Positions 28,773 through 37,342 of a stretch of 45,880 nucleotides of DNA are shown here, piece after piece. Position numbers and translations under genes: made by a program. A model generated the notes under the pieces. The model was not told the DNA's origin, searched no databases, and worked only from the letters and a program-made list of their open reading frames with translations. This DNA is from a virus (lineage: Duplodnaviria; Caudoviricetes): the IMG/VR virus record IMGVR_UViG_3300042246_000004, positions 1 through 45,880 of that record; one strand, 5' to 3'. How positions within the stretch are numbered: position 1 is the stretch's first letter; every line of letters starts with the position of its first letter.

Positions 28773-28927
28773 GATGACATTGCCCTCACGTTTACCCAGA
28801 CGCGACCGCTCTTGTCGAGCCGGTAATGTTTGTCCTCAAGCAGTTCGCCTGATTCTCTCAATCTGTACCAGGTTGAACGGGATTCACCCGTCTGGCTCAG
28901 GTATGTTTGCAGTCGTACCCATTCCAT
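28724..28927 (-). CDS. xis: Excisionase (winged-helix), 67 aa
   Basis: Small basic protein overlapping the int start; SRSTWYRLRESGEL...GRVWVN pattern; GGAGG SD. Confidence 0.75.
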   Translation of the reverse strand: MEWVRLQTYLSQTGESRSTWYRLRESGELLEDKHYRLDKSGRVWVNVRAMSSWLENKTAARRRRSAA

Positions 28928-28928
28928 A

Positions 28929-29057
28929 CTATGTCCTCCGGTTAATCTGCCGTGACACCGCTCGCCAGTCCCAATACTGCGGCTGTGCAGGCCGGGTCTG
29001 TGCGGGTTTTGGTGTGTGCTTGCACCACTTCAGTTGGCGGGTGATTTTGTCGTTCAC
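28929..29057 (-). CDS. Small hypothetical protein, 42 aa (MNDKITRQLKW...)
   Basis: GTG overlaps the upstream TAG; GAGGGG SD; fills the gap exactly. Confidence 0.45.
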   Translation of the reverse strand: MNDKITRQLKWCKHTPKPAQTRPAQPQYWDWRAVSRQINRRT

Positions 29058-29356
29058 TACGCACCCCTCACTGCCTTCCTTCCGGCGTTTCCCAGCTGAT
29101 CTGCGTGCCTGTCGCACATAGCGGCATGCCCATCATCGCCAATGGCTCGAAATTGTTTTGCCGCCTCTCGTAGCATGTCGGTAGCGCCTGAAGCTGCTTT
29201 TTTCATCCGCATCACATCATTCTCAAAAGCGATTTTCTCTTTAAGCCATAGCGTCTTTTCGCGCTCGTACTGCTCTTTGTATGCCACGTTTGGCATATCA
29301 CCGTTTCGACTCCTATCCAGCATTTCCACGCCTCCTTCGCCTAACAACAAATTCAT
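29057..29356 (-). CDS. Hypothetical helical protein (alternative start 29323 with AAGGAGG SD)
   Basis: ATGA coupling to upstream gene; operon packing. Confidence 0.6.
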   Translation of the reverse strand: MNLLLGEGGVEMLDRSRNGDMPNVAYKEQYEREKTLWLKEKIAFENDVMRMKKAASGATDMLREAAKQFRAIGDDGHAAMCDRHADQLGNAGRKAVRGA

Positions 29357-29814
29357 GAGTGGCCGAACGCATACATCGAATCAATCAGCCGGTCATCCTC
29401 ATCCTCACCCCGCGCAGCTTTCCATCCGGCGTTGCTGCCTTCTATCCATGCCGCCTTCGTCATCTCATGCGCGGCCCTGAGTGCTTCGGCCATCTGCTTG
29501 ACGTGCTCCACCAGCGAAGGGAAGTCGCCGTCATGCTCGGCTGCAATACGTACCTGACTCAGGTAGGTCATGACCTGGCGTTCGTCCAGTCTGGAGCGTT
29601 TCAGCTCACCATTCAGAAACTCATTGTGCTTCTGTAGGCTTTCGACTTCGGCGGTCAACCGCTCCACATCGGCCTGCAGCCGCTCGTTTTCTTCCTGCAG
29701 ATTCTCAGTGCAGTAATCGGCAAAAAACTTGGCGCTGGCAGTGGTGACGTACTTGCCGTTACTGCCGTCCGGGAACTCGATGAACTCCTCAAACGCTTTA
29801 TCTATATCCATCAT
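29353..29814 (-). CDS. Coiled-coil hypothetical protein (Ead/Ea22-like composition)
   Basis: GAGG SD before ATG 29814; heptads LQEENERLQADVERLTAEVESLQK. Confidence 0.6.
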   Translation of the reverse strand: MMDIDKAFEEFIEFPDGSNGKYVTTASAKFFADYCTENLQEENERLQADVERLTAEVESLQKHNEFLNGELKRSRLDERQVMTYLSQVRIAAEHDGDFPSLVEHVKQMAEALRAAHEMTKAAWIEGSNAGWKAARGEDEDDRLIDSMYAFGHS

Positions 29815-29972
29815 CGCTCGATCCTCACAAAGCCTGTGCATTTCACAATCACTTCCTCGCCGTCCTTTTGCATTGGCGGCATGGATTCAAAGTCTCGCCA
29901 ACTGCAGTCGGCGTCACGGTGCTTGCAGGCGGAGCATCTTCCGCCTTTGGGGTATGTCTTTGGCTGATTCAC
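29811..29972 (-). CDS. Small Cys-rich (probable Zn-binding) phage protein, 53 aa; not in ORF track
   Basis: MNQPKTYPKGGRCSACKHRDADCSWRDFESMPPMQKDGEEVIVKCTGFVRIER; GTGA and ATGA overlaps with both neighbours. Confidence 0.7.
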   Translation of the reverse strand: MNQPKTYPKGGRCSACKHRDADCSWRDFESMPPMQKDGEEVIVKCTGFVRIER

Positions 29973-30232
29973 GCCACCGCCCTCACTGTTTCCGACACGC
30001 CAAACTCGGTGCGCAGCACATACTTGATCTGGTCTATCTCCCGTCTGAATGCCTGCTCAATACCGGCGCGTGCAAGGATCAGGGACTCATCCGTAATGCG
30101 CTTGGCCGTGCCATCATCGAAGCGCATAACGATATCGGTCAGGCCGCCATGCCCCAGGCTGGTAATGCTCAGCTGCAGGGTGCAAACCCGATTCCAAAGC
30201 CGGGCCGCCTGTTCAAGCTGTTCTGTTGTCAT
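29969..30232 (-). CDS. Hypothetical protein, 87 aa
   Basis: ATGA coupling, GGAGG SD. Confidence 0.6.
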   Translation of the reverse strand: MTTEQLEQAARLWNRVCTLQLSITSLGHGGLTDIVMRFDDGTAKRITDESLILARAGIEQAFRREIDQIKYVLRTEFGVSETVRAVA

Positions 30233-30666
30233 TGCTCCACCTCCTCGGTGAACTCGAAGGATTCATCCTTTTCCAGTATGAACAACAGGCAACATATCGC
30301 GTGTGCCAGGTGTGAATACCCAGACTCAATATCTTCAGGCTCACCCATGCGGTAGGCATTCAAGTGGCGCAGGGCTGCCGCCATGTAACGCTCATGGCCG
30401 TTCTCTACCAGCGCCCAATTTCCAGGCGCGTATTTATCAGCGCCGTACCGGAGAACGTGGGCAACAGCCAGCTCAGCCATCGGCGGGATGAGGTCGAAAC
30501 GGGCTTTGTGCTCGTCCAGCTTTACGCCAACCATTTTGTTGTGTTCACCGATATGGTTGATCTCGGCCCGGCTGCTGGATACATGCTGCTGCTCGTCACC
30601 CACGTCTTCGAGGTAGTGGTCACCTGTCGGGCCGTTTAGGCCAATAATGTCAATTCTGCTGGTCAT
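30229..30666 (-). CDS. DUF5664 / dATP-dGTP diphosphohydrolase-like domain protein
   Basis: GVKLDEHKARFDLIP...YGADKYAPGNW...AALRHL...ESGYSHLAHAICCLLF pattern. Confidence 0.8.
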   Translation of the reverse strand: MTSRIDIIGLNGPTGDHYLEDVGDEQQHVSSSRAEINHIGEHNKMVGVKLDEHKARFDLIPPMAELAVAHVLRYGADKYAPGNWALVENGHERYMAAALRHLNAYRMGEPEDIESGYSHLAHAICCLLFILEKDESFEFTEEVEQ

Positions 30667-31151
30667 GCTGCCTCCTTATTGATCTGCCTCACAACTTCAT
30701 CAGCGGTTGTTGTGGCATCCCACACACCAAGACCTGTGAAGATATCGCCTGCTTCCTGCTCAGAGATGTCAGCGCCAAATGGATCAGCCAGCCAGCCCAC
30801 GCCAATTAGATGATGGCGGGGAAATTCTTTGAGCAGCTGCTGGTGATACTCCCAAGCAAGCGGGGCCAGCTGCGACTGAGTGCAAGGCTCATTAGCGGTA
30901 ATGATCTCCGATTTCATATACTCATCGCCCAGCTGGTTGCGACCGAATATGGCAATCAGAAGTGACCATTTGTAGCGGTATTGAAAACACGCCACGATAG
31001 AATCAGTCGGGTGAATTAAGCACTGACGTTTCTGATCAAACAGCACGCATCCATCCAGCCAGGTGCTGTATGCCACCATTAAGTTGCGAATCACATGCTT
31101 TGCTACTCGTTGTCGTTGCTTATAGGGTGAGAAGGCTTTGCGCTTACTCAT
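30663..31151 (-). CDS. Hypothetical protein, 162 aa (MSKRKAFSPYKQ...)
   Basis: AAGGGG SD before ATG 31151; the longer track ORF runs into ssb out of frame. Confidence 0.65.
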   Translation of the reverse strand: MSKRKAFSPYKQRQRVAKHVIRNLMVAYSTWLDGCVLFDQKRQCLIHPTDSIVACFQYRYKWSLLIAIFGRNQLGDEYMKSEIITANEPCTQSQLAPLAWEYHQQLLKEFPRHHLIGVGWLADPFGADISEQEAGDIFTGLGVWDATTTADEVVRQINKEAA

Positions 31152-31252
31152 GCCGTTAATCCCCTTGTTTGGTCTGTCGCGCATCCCGTGGCTTTCTTTA
31201 GGTGCTTGTGCTTGCGATGAGCCTCTACACACTGGGCTGTAATGTCGTTCAT
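31148..31252 (-). CDS. 34-aa ORF, possibly a gene remnant
   Basis: Strong AGGAGG SD right after the ssb stop; MNDITAQCVEAHRKHKHLKKATGCATDQTRGLTA*; ATGA-coupled to the next gene. Confidence 0.45.
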   Translation of the reverse strand: MNDITAQCVEAHRKHKHLKKATGCATDQTRGLTA

Positions 31253-31260
31253 CTGGCCTC

Positions 31261-31770
31261 CTAAAACGGGATGTCTCCGTCGTCAAAGTCATCAAACCCT
31301 GGTGCGGGCTGCTGCGGCGCCTGACGCTGCTGCTGTGGTGCCTGCTGCTGATACCCTTGCTGATTTTGTGGAGCCTGGCGCTGCTGGTAGTTCTGTTGTG
31401 GAGCCTGATTCTGATTCTGCGCTCCACTATCACCACGGCTATCCAGCATCTGCATTTCGCTGGCCACAATCTCCGTGGTGTAGCGGTCCTGGCCGGACTG
31501 GTCTTGCCACTTGCGAACCCGAAGCGAGCCTTCGATATACACCTTTGAGCCTTTCTGCAGGTACTGACCGGCAATCTCAGCCAAGCGGTTGAAGAAAACT
31601 ACCCGATGCCACTCGGTACGCTCCTGCTGCTGTCCAGTGTTCTTATCCTTCCAGCTTTCACTGGTAGCCAGATTTATATTGGTCACGGCGTTGCCGTTGG
31701 GCATTACGCGCTGCTCGGGGTCAGCCCCACAATTCCCGATCAGGATCACCTTGTTGATACCTTTAGCCAT
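31261..31770 (-). CDS. ssb: Single-stranded DNA-binding protein
   Basis: [10 protein letters not shown]...TEWHRVV...[13 protein letters not shown] fold, Q/P linker and acidic DDGDIPF tail. Confidence 0.97.
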   Translation of the reverse strand: MAKGINKVILIGNCGADPEQRVMPNGNAVTNINLATSESWKDKNTGQQQERTEWHRVVFFNRLAEIAGQYLQKGSKVYIEGSLRVRKWQDQSGQDRYTTEIVASEMQMLDSRGDSGAQNQNQAPQQNYQQRQAPQNQQGYQQQAPQQQRQAPQQPAPGFDDFDDGDIPF

Positions 31771-32296
31771 TTCTACCCTCGCTTGTTTTCCATTTTTTAC
31801 CTAACCACTCCCGGCTGATTGCGCACATAGGCGCATCCATCGGGTCAGGCTTTTTGTTTTCCATCTTCATGCGCTCCACCCGTATGCGGCGTCCTCTTGC
31901 GTCTGCGTCATAGCGCAGGTCAATAAGAATGTCGTACATCTTGTTTTGCGAGATACCGACTGCTTCAGCGATCTCTGCCACTGGCATGATCGTGTTCTCC
32001 AATAGATGCAGGATGGTGTCATGGTACTTTTCAGCAATTTCTGCACGCTGCTTTTGTGTTTGCTCTCTGTTTTTGGCGTTGGTTATATCCAATCCTCGCT
32101 GACGCAGGTTGTAATGGTAGTGACCATTGATCACGCGCCTGAATGAAGTCTCACCAATGCCGTGCTTCAGGCATATTTCACGCACCGTCAGCAGTGAGTT
32201 TTCAATATCGTTAATCACCTCTTTCGGTAGCGGATATTCCACCTGCTTGTACTTGTTGGGCCTGTAGCGCCCGTTATCCGGTATGATCACACCCAT
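31763..32296 (-). CDS. Tandem HTH-like repeat protein
   Basis: Two repeats ([17 protein letters not shown]; [17 protein letters not shown]); C-terminal WLGKKW. Confidence 0.65.
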   Translation of the reverse strand: MGVIIPDNGRYRPNKYKQVEYPLPKEVINDIENSLLTVREICLKHGIGETSFRRVINGHYHYNLRQRGLDITNAKNREQTQKQRAEIAEKYHDTILHLLENTIMPVAEIAEAVGISQNKMYDILIDLRYDADARGRRIRVERMKMENKKPDPMDAPMCAISREWLGKKWKTSEGRNG

Positions 32297-32595
32297 TTCC
32301 TCCCGAGCCAGTACAGGGAAAAGCCGTCACCCGTCATGGATTCGCTCACCCAAGACTGAATTGCATGTCTCTTGTCGTGATCAATCAAGCCTGGGGTTTT
32401 GCGTTCGGCTGCTGCGTTAGCGGCTATAATCCGGTTTATCCGTCCGCGCCGTGCCTGTAGGTATTCTTTTGATATGCCATATTCCAGGCACAGGCTGGTA
32501 ACGTGAAGGCCGCTCTTCAAACCGTGTTCTGCTGCGATGGCCTTCAAGGATTTGTCTGTCTCCTTCACGTCATGGAGTACTGCGTTCACGTTCAT
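32287..32595 (-). CDS. HTH-like protein, apparent paralog of the neighbouring gene
   Basis: KSLKAIAAEHGL; C-terminal WLGRKW; GAGGAG SD. Confidence 0.65.
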   Translation of the reverse strand: MNVNAVLHDVKETDKSLKAIAAEHGLKSGLHVTSLCLEYGISKEYLQARRGRINRIIAANAAAERKTPGLIDHDKRHAIQSWVSESMTGDGFSLYWLGRKWV

Positions 32596-32604
32596 GGTTA
32601 CTCC

Positions 32605-33024
32605 TCAGTAGCCGGTACTGCCGAAACCTCCGGCGCCGCGTTCTGTTCCATCCAGATCATCGACCCATGCGGCCGGAGTGATCAGGCAACGCTCGATGAT
32701 CAACTGGGCGATACGATCACCCGGCTTGAACTCCACCATCTTGTCGCCGTGATTGATCAGGCAGACGCGCACCTCTCCTCGGTAATCGCTATCCACAACA
32801 CCGGCGTGAACCTGAATGCCATGCTTAACAGCTAGGCCGGAGCGGGGCGCAACACGGCCATAGTGACCGGAGGGTATCTGGACAGCCAGGCCGGTAGGGA
32901 TCATTACCTGGGCACCGGGCCAGATATCCATCCTCTCAACGGCGTACAGATCCAGACCAGCGGCGTGTTCGCTGCCGCGAGTGGGCAGCTGCGCGTTTTC
33001 GTGTAGCTTCTTGAAGTAGATCAT
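32605..33024 (-). CDS. dut: Trimeric dUTPase
   Basis: All five motifs present: AGLDL, PRSG, GVVDSDYRGE, GDRIAQL, RGAGGFGSTG; AAGGA SD before ATG 33024. Confidence 0.97.
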   Translation of the reverse strand: MIYFKKLHENAQLPTRGSEHAAGLDLYAVERMDIWPGAQVMIPTGLAVQIPSGHYGRVAPRSGLAVKHGIQVHAGVVDSDYRGEVRVCLINHGDKMVEFKPGDRIAQLIIERCLITPAAWVDDLDGTERGAGGFGSTGY

Positions 33025-33037
33025 CGGTATTCCTTGC

Positions 33038-33064
33038 AAAGAAAAGCCCCGGCTGTCGGGGCTT
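33038..33064 (-). terminator. Intrinsic terminator after the Gp49-family gene
   Basis: Minus strand reads AAGCCCCGA-cag-CCGGGGCTT followed by TTCTTT. Confidence 0.75.
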
Positions 33065-33072
33065 GGTTGTGG

Positions 33073-33447
33073 TTACTTGCCGTCGTGCAAAGCCTGCTTC
33101 AGCAGATACCCTTCAAGCTGCCAGATTTTCTGCCGCGCATTCTCATATGCGATCTTTAGCCCGATCTCTGCATCGAAGTTCTCAGGGCTTGCGCACGCCG
33201 ACTCACCGGTAACGGTGAAGCCGTTCTCCAGCACAAGGACGCAGAATGTCAGCAGGCTCAGCGCGTCAGGCGTATTGGCTTCACCGGCCTCATCAATCAG
33301 GCCAGCATCCAGCTCTACACCAACAACACCATGACGTGCGGTAAAGTAATGCTCACTGGCTATCACTGAGTCGATGGCGGAAGGCGTCAGGCGGGGCGCG
33401 TTCAAGCTCTTGGCTTGGATCTCGGCTTCTTGTTGCTGTTCGTTCAT
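33073..33447 (-). CDS. N4 Gp49 / Sf6 gp66 family protein (candidate nucleotide-signal sponge)
   Basis: APRLTP..ID...LTFCVLVLENGFTVTGESACASPENFDAEIG..IA...A..KIWQLEGYLL signature. Confidence 0.85.
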   Translation of the reverse strand: MNEQQQEAEIQAKSLNAPRLTPSAIDSVIASEHYFTARHGVVGVELDAGLIDEAGEANTPDALSLLTFCVLVLENGFTVTGESACASPENFDAEIGLKIAYENARQKIWQLEGYLLKQALHDGK

Positions 33448-33471
33448 GGGTGTGGATCTCCAGTGGTGGGG

Positions 33472-34002
33472 TTAATCGAGCATCATCCAATCTTCGGCAA
33501 GCATGTCGGTTTGCGAAGCGAGCCAGCCAGGAAGCCATGCGCGGCGACCATCGGCATTGACGGTCCACATAGCAATGTAGGGGAGCGTTTCAAGCGGCGT
33601 GTCCTCACCAATCCACTTAGCGGTGCGATCACTTACCTTACACTCAGTGCCTTGAGTGTTGTATGAAGGGATGGACATTCCGGTCATAAGTACAATCCAC
33701 ATCCCTTTCCCGTTCCAGCCAGCCCGAGTTACTCGCTTACCTTCCTTCAGCATCACCAGCGCATCACCAAAGGTCATGTTGGTGGTGGGGCGATACGCCC
33801 GCTCAAACACTTCCTTCGGGGACCAGCTGATATAACCGGCATAGTCCGGGTGGTTGGCTTGGCCGCCGTCGATGTACTCGACCAGATAGCCATCATCTGC
33901 CGGGTTCTCGTCTGCTGGAACAGTCCAGCCGCGCAGGTCGTTGTATCCTTTGCGGGTAATGGGCTGGGCGTTGATGATTTTGGTGCCGATGTACTTTTGC
34001 AT
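33472..34002 (-). CDS. Two-domain protein: N-terminal YIGTK...SWSPKEVFERAY domain fused to DUF2829 (Tad2-like) domain
   Basis: C-terminal MTFGDALVMLKEGKRVTRAGWNGKGMWI...WLASQTDMLAEDW is the DUF2829 signature. Confidence 0.85.
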   Translation of the reverse strand: MQKYIGTKIINAQPITRKGYNDLRGWTVPADENPADDGYLVEYIDGGQANHPDYAGYISWSPKEVFERAYRPTTNMTFGDALVMLKEGKRVTRAGWNGKGMWIVLMTGMSIPSYNTQGTECKVSDRTAKWIGEDTPLETLPYIAMWTVNADGRRAWLPGWLASQTDMLAEDWMMLD

Positions 34003-34020
34003 GGGTGTGGATCTCCTTAA

Positions 34021-34170
34021 TCACCGCACCAGAACGGCGCGGACATTGTTACTGCTGAAAAGCTGCCGGGCGTGCCGGGTGGCAACTGCCTCGCCATGAC
34101 AGCAGGGAAAAGTAGAAAGGCTGATCGTTGTGACCAGCCTTTTATTCAGGTAGATGAGGTAGTCGGACAT
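34021..34170 (-). CDS. Small hypothetical protein, 49 aa
   Basis: ATG 34170 is 5 nt after the upstream stop; fills the gap. Confidence 0.5.
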   Translation of the reverse strand: MSDYLIYLNKRLVTTISLSTFPCCHGEAVATRHARQLFSSNNVRAVLVR

Positions 34171-34175
34171 GGCGG

Positions 34176-34655
34176 TTATCCCACCTTTCTCATTGACTCC
34201 AAAAAAATGCTCCGGGCTGCCTCTGCAGCCTGATTGCATTGGTCAATATCGAACCAGCCAAAGTGGCAGCGCTCGACTGGGATACCCATCTTGTCCGCCA
34301 GTTGCTGGTACGCCTCTCTTCTTGTCATGCGGCCTGAGCGGTGCAGGTTCTCGAAAGGCTCTTTGCAGCGTTTTCGTGCCTGTCGGGTAGGGCCATCAGC
34401 CAAGGTGCCAAGCGGGATATTGGTGAACGGGTGAATCCCCACATATGCCTCACACTGCTGGCACTGATACACCCACGGCCACTCACCATAGCTGCGGCCA
34501 TATATCTCTTCGTTGTTCACGATGTCGATATTGCCGTATGGCTTTCCGGTTGAGTGATCGAAACAGTGAGGGCATTCGGTAGGAGGCGGGAGTGGATTCT
34601 TTACCCTGGCTGTAGCCTTTCTGCTCGGATTCCAAGGTGTTACTTGTTTGCTCAT
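34176..34655 (-). CDS. DUF3268-like zinc-finger protein
   Basis: CPHC...YQCQQCEAYVGIH...PLGTLAD...CHFGWFD; GAGGT SD before ATG 34655. Confidence 0.8.
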   Translation of the reverse strand: MSKQVTPWNPSRKATARVKNPLPPPTECPHCFDHSTGKPYGNIDIVNNEEIYGRSYGEWPWVYQCQQCEAYVGIHPFTNIPLGTLADGPTRQARKRCKEPFENLHRSGRMTRREAYQQLADKMGIPVERCHFGWFDIDQCNQAAEAARSIFLESMRKVG

Positions 34656-34665
34656 GATGACCTCA

Positions 34666-36264
34666 TTACGCTGCGGCCAGCGCCTCCATGGCATCGCTGT
34701 ATCCGGTCCAGTTATCAACGCCGGCACCTTCAAGGGCATTCAGCTTGGCCTGATCAGCCAACAGCTGCTCATACTCGGCACGGCTAATTGTCACGGTGTC
34801 CTCGGCGGCCACATCTACCAGCTCATGCGGGTGAAGTTTCGCCGGTGGAGCTGGTTGTTCTCGGCGTTCGTTGACAGGCGCAGTAGGTGCGGCTGCTTGC
34901 TGCTCTTCTCGCTGCAGGTGTTCCGCTTCTGCCTTGGCCTTGGCTTCTTCCTCGCGGCGGATACGCTCACGCTCGGCTTCCAGCTTTGCCTGCTCTCGCT
35001 GCTCATGCTCGGCAATGCGAGCGGTGATTGTTGATTCCAGATCCTCCGGCTGCTTTGCAATCAGCTGCTTCCAGTCACTGAACAGGAAGCGGTGTTCCTT
35101 GCCTTTGGCTTCCAGGATCGCCAGGTTCGACTTGAACAGGTCGATCTGCTGCTTGGCCTCCACCTTGGCTGCGGCCAGGGCGTCATCGGCGGCAGACTGC
35201 AGGCCGCAAATCGTCCTCTTGCCCTTCATGGCAATGGCCGGGGCAAAGTGGACGCTGACCGGTGCCGGTGATGCTTGCTGATTCAGCCAGGCGGTAAAGG
35301 CTTTATCCGCCTGCTCGACAATCTGCGCCTTGCGGTTTTCCTTCTCGACCTTCACCAGCTTCTCAGCACGCAGGCGGTTGTCGCGGGCCAGCTTGTGAAG
35401 CAGGTCTTTAGTGCGCTTGAGCTCATCAACCGTGGCAACTTGGCTGATCAGCTGGGCCTCGGCGGCATCCAGTGCGGCCTCTGCCTTCTTGAGCGTCTTG
35501 ATCTGGCTTTCAAGGTCGGCAAAGTCCTGATCGGTTTCCGGCTTCTCGATCAGGCGGTTTTCAACGAAGTCGCGCAGTGCTGATTCAAAGGCCGAGAAGT
35601 TGCTGGCAATGGACAGCTCACCGGTCACCCGAACGGATACGGAAGGCAAATCAAGCACGGGCTCTGCCGTTACCGTGGCTGCAGTCTCTTTGTGTTCGTA
35701 GGCTTCCAGGTCCGCCTTGAATTGCTCCCAGCCAGCGATAAGGCGCTGAATGCGATCCTCGTCACGCTCGTACCAGAACGACACGCAATCATCTTCAGTG
35801 CCGGTTGAAGCCATGAACAGAATGCGCTCGCAGCCTGTGACCATCATCTGATGATCCATTTGCCATTTGTAATGCTCATCCAGCGTTTCAGCGGTGGCGG
35901 TACGCAGTGATTCATTCATGGTCTTATGCTCCCACCCAAAAGTGGCGAGCATGTCCAGTCCATCCATACTGGCGAGGTAGGTGCCGGTATCGTCCTCGCA
36001 GGTGCAAGGGTACAGCTCCTCTCCGGTGATCTTCTCGGCAATACTGCGGGCTGCAGCTTCAAACTTGTGGCCGTTGTCGAAAATGCGCTGCTGATGCTCG
36101 CTGACTTCCGGCGTGATGCCGGTTTTCTTCTGCTTGAGAAGATCGTTGCGCGTCATGTACTTGTGATCACCAAAGACTGCAGCGGCCTCGCTGGCGGTGA
36201 ATCGCTGCTGTCTCAGCTGGTGCCAAGCGTCCGAGCCTTGAACCATGTTCTCGATGATATTCAT
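34666..36264 (-). CDS. YqaJ / lambda-exonuclease family protein with coiled-coil C-terminus
   Basis: QGSDAWHQLR...TASEA...GHKFE...ASMDG...WEHK...WQMDHQM motifs. Confidence 0.88.
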   Translation of the reverse strand: MNIIENMVQGSDAWHQLRQQRFTASEAAAVFGDHKYMTRNDLLKQKKTGITPEVSEHQQRIFDNGHKFEAAARSIAEKITGEELYPCTCEDDTGTYLASMDGLDMLATFGWEHKTMNESLRTATAETLDEHYKWQMDHQMMVTGCERILFMASTGTEDDCVSFWYERDEDRIQRLIAGWEQFKADLEAYEHKETAATVTAEPVLDLPSVSVRVTGELSIASNFSAFESALRDFVENRLIEKPETDQDFADLESQIKTLKKAEAALDAAEAQLISQVATVDELKRTKDLLHKLARDNRLRAEKLVKVEKENRKAQIVEQADKAFTAWLNQQASPAPVSVHFAPAIAMKGKRTICGLQSAADDALAAAKVEAKQQIDLFKSNLAILEAKGKEHRFLFSDWKQLIAKQPEDLESTITARIAEHEQREQAKLEAERERIRREEEAKAKAEAEHLQREEQQAAAPTAPVNERREQPAPPAKLHPHELVDVAAEDTVTISRAEYEQLLADQAKLNALEGAGVDNWTGYSDAMEALAAA

Positions 36265-37004
36265 GCTGCAACTCCTTCAATCTGCTGTCTTTGTTCGTCC
36301 GAAAGCGTGGCTTTGGTTTCAATCATGGCGATGATCTGGGCGGGGGTGCGCTTGCCGGCTTCGATGGCGGCTTGCCACTTCGGGAAATTTTGAGCAAACG
36401 ATTCAGAGCTATATTGCTCCAGTGCAACCGGTGCGCTATCTGCCTGACGGGGCGGGGTGATATCCCGCTCGGTCGGCATATCCTGTGCTTCTTCAACCGT
36501 GATCAGGCCGCCCAAGGCATCTGCGAACTTGTCACGCAGCGCGTAACCGCGAGCTCGCCACATCAACATGCGCTTGGGATACTGCTGCCAAGGGCCCTGC
36601 TTGCCCCATAGTCCTGCCTTTTCAGCATCGAATTTGCTGAAGGTGACGGTATGCTGTTCCTCGTCACCCTTGCGCCATACGGTACAGGTAGCGGTCATGC
36701 TGTTTTCGTCGAAGCTCTCCTTGTGGCCGCCAAACTTCGGATGGCTCTGCACCAGAGCGAGGAGGGCGTCACCGTAGATTGCAGGTTTGCCGTTGATCAC
36801 TGCAATGTTCTGCAGCGCCTGGATCGGGTTAAGCCCCAGTTCGGAGCCCATCATCATTGCCACCAGAGTGTCGTTGGGTTTGTTCTGGTAGCACTTCGGC
36901 ACCATCTGGCTCTTGGCCAGCATATCGGCCATCTGCATGGCTTCTTGCAAGTTGGCGGGCTGCAGGGCAAAGCCTGAGCCGGTGGAGCGTGTAAGGGCAT
37001 TCAT
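36261..37004 (-). CDS. RecT/Redbeta-like single-strand annealing protein
   Basis: GSELGLNPIQALQNIAVINGKP...AGLWGKQGPWQQYPKRML.WRA...LRD.FAD.LGG; adjacent to the exonuclease. Confidence 0.82.
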   Translation of the reverse strand: MNALTRSTGSGFALQPANLQEAMQMADMLAKSQMVPKCYQNKPNDTLVAMMMGSELGLNPIQALQNIAVINGKPAIYGDALLALVQSHPKFGGHKESFDENSMTATCTVWRKGDEEQHTVTFSKFDAEKAGLWGKQGPWQQYPKRMLMWRARGYALRDKFADALGGLITVEEAQDMPTERDITPPRQADSAPVALEQYSSESFAQNFPKWQAAIEAGKRTPAQIIAMIETKATLSDEQRQQIEGVAA

Positions 37005-37342
37005 GCTGCATTCTCCGTTTCTGTTTTTCCGATACTGGCTTCAATCAGATCCCGCTTTCTTGCTGCGGCAACCTTTGAAGTCCTGGCTGAAGTCGTAAGC
37101 CGCATTTCTGCAATCCTGAGCAGGTCGTGCTTCAGCTCATTAATGACGGCAAACAGCTCTGTGCGTGCGTCCTTATCACTGCCGTAGCTCCAGCGCGTAA
37201 GCATGTTTTGAATTGAATCAGATAGTTTTGCCGGGCTCTTGCGAACATCAGCAAGACTGCTTGCGGCACGTTCAAAACTTTCGGCTTCACGCTGCAGGGC
37301 CTCTGCCTCGTGGCTCAGCTTGTTCAGTTCTTCCAGCGTCAT
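37001..37342 (-). CDS. Hypothetical helical protein, 113 aa
   Basis: ATGA-coupled at both ends; GGAG SD. Confidence 0.6.
   Translation of the reverse strand: MTLEELNKLSHEAEALQREAESFERAASSLADVRKSPAKLSDSIQNMLTRWSYGSDKDARTELFAVINELKHDLLRIAEMRLTTSARTSKVAAARKRDLIEASIGKTETENAA

Noticed and set aside
31152-31574. N-terminal extension of the 303-aa track ORF
   Set aside because: Out-of-frame overlap with ssb, S/R-rich junk sequence; a good SD supports the start at 31151.
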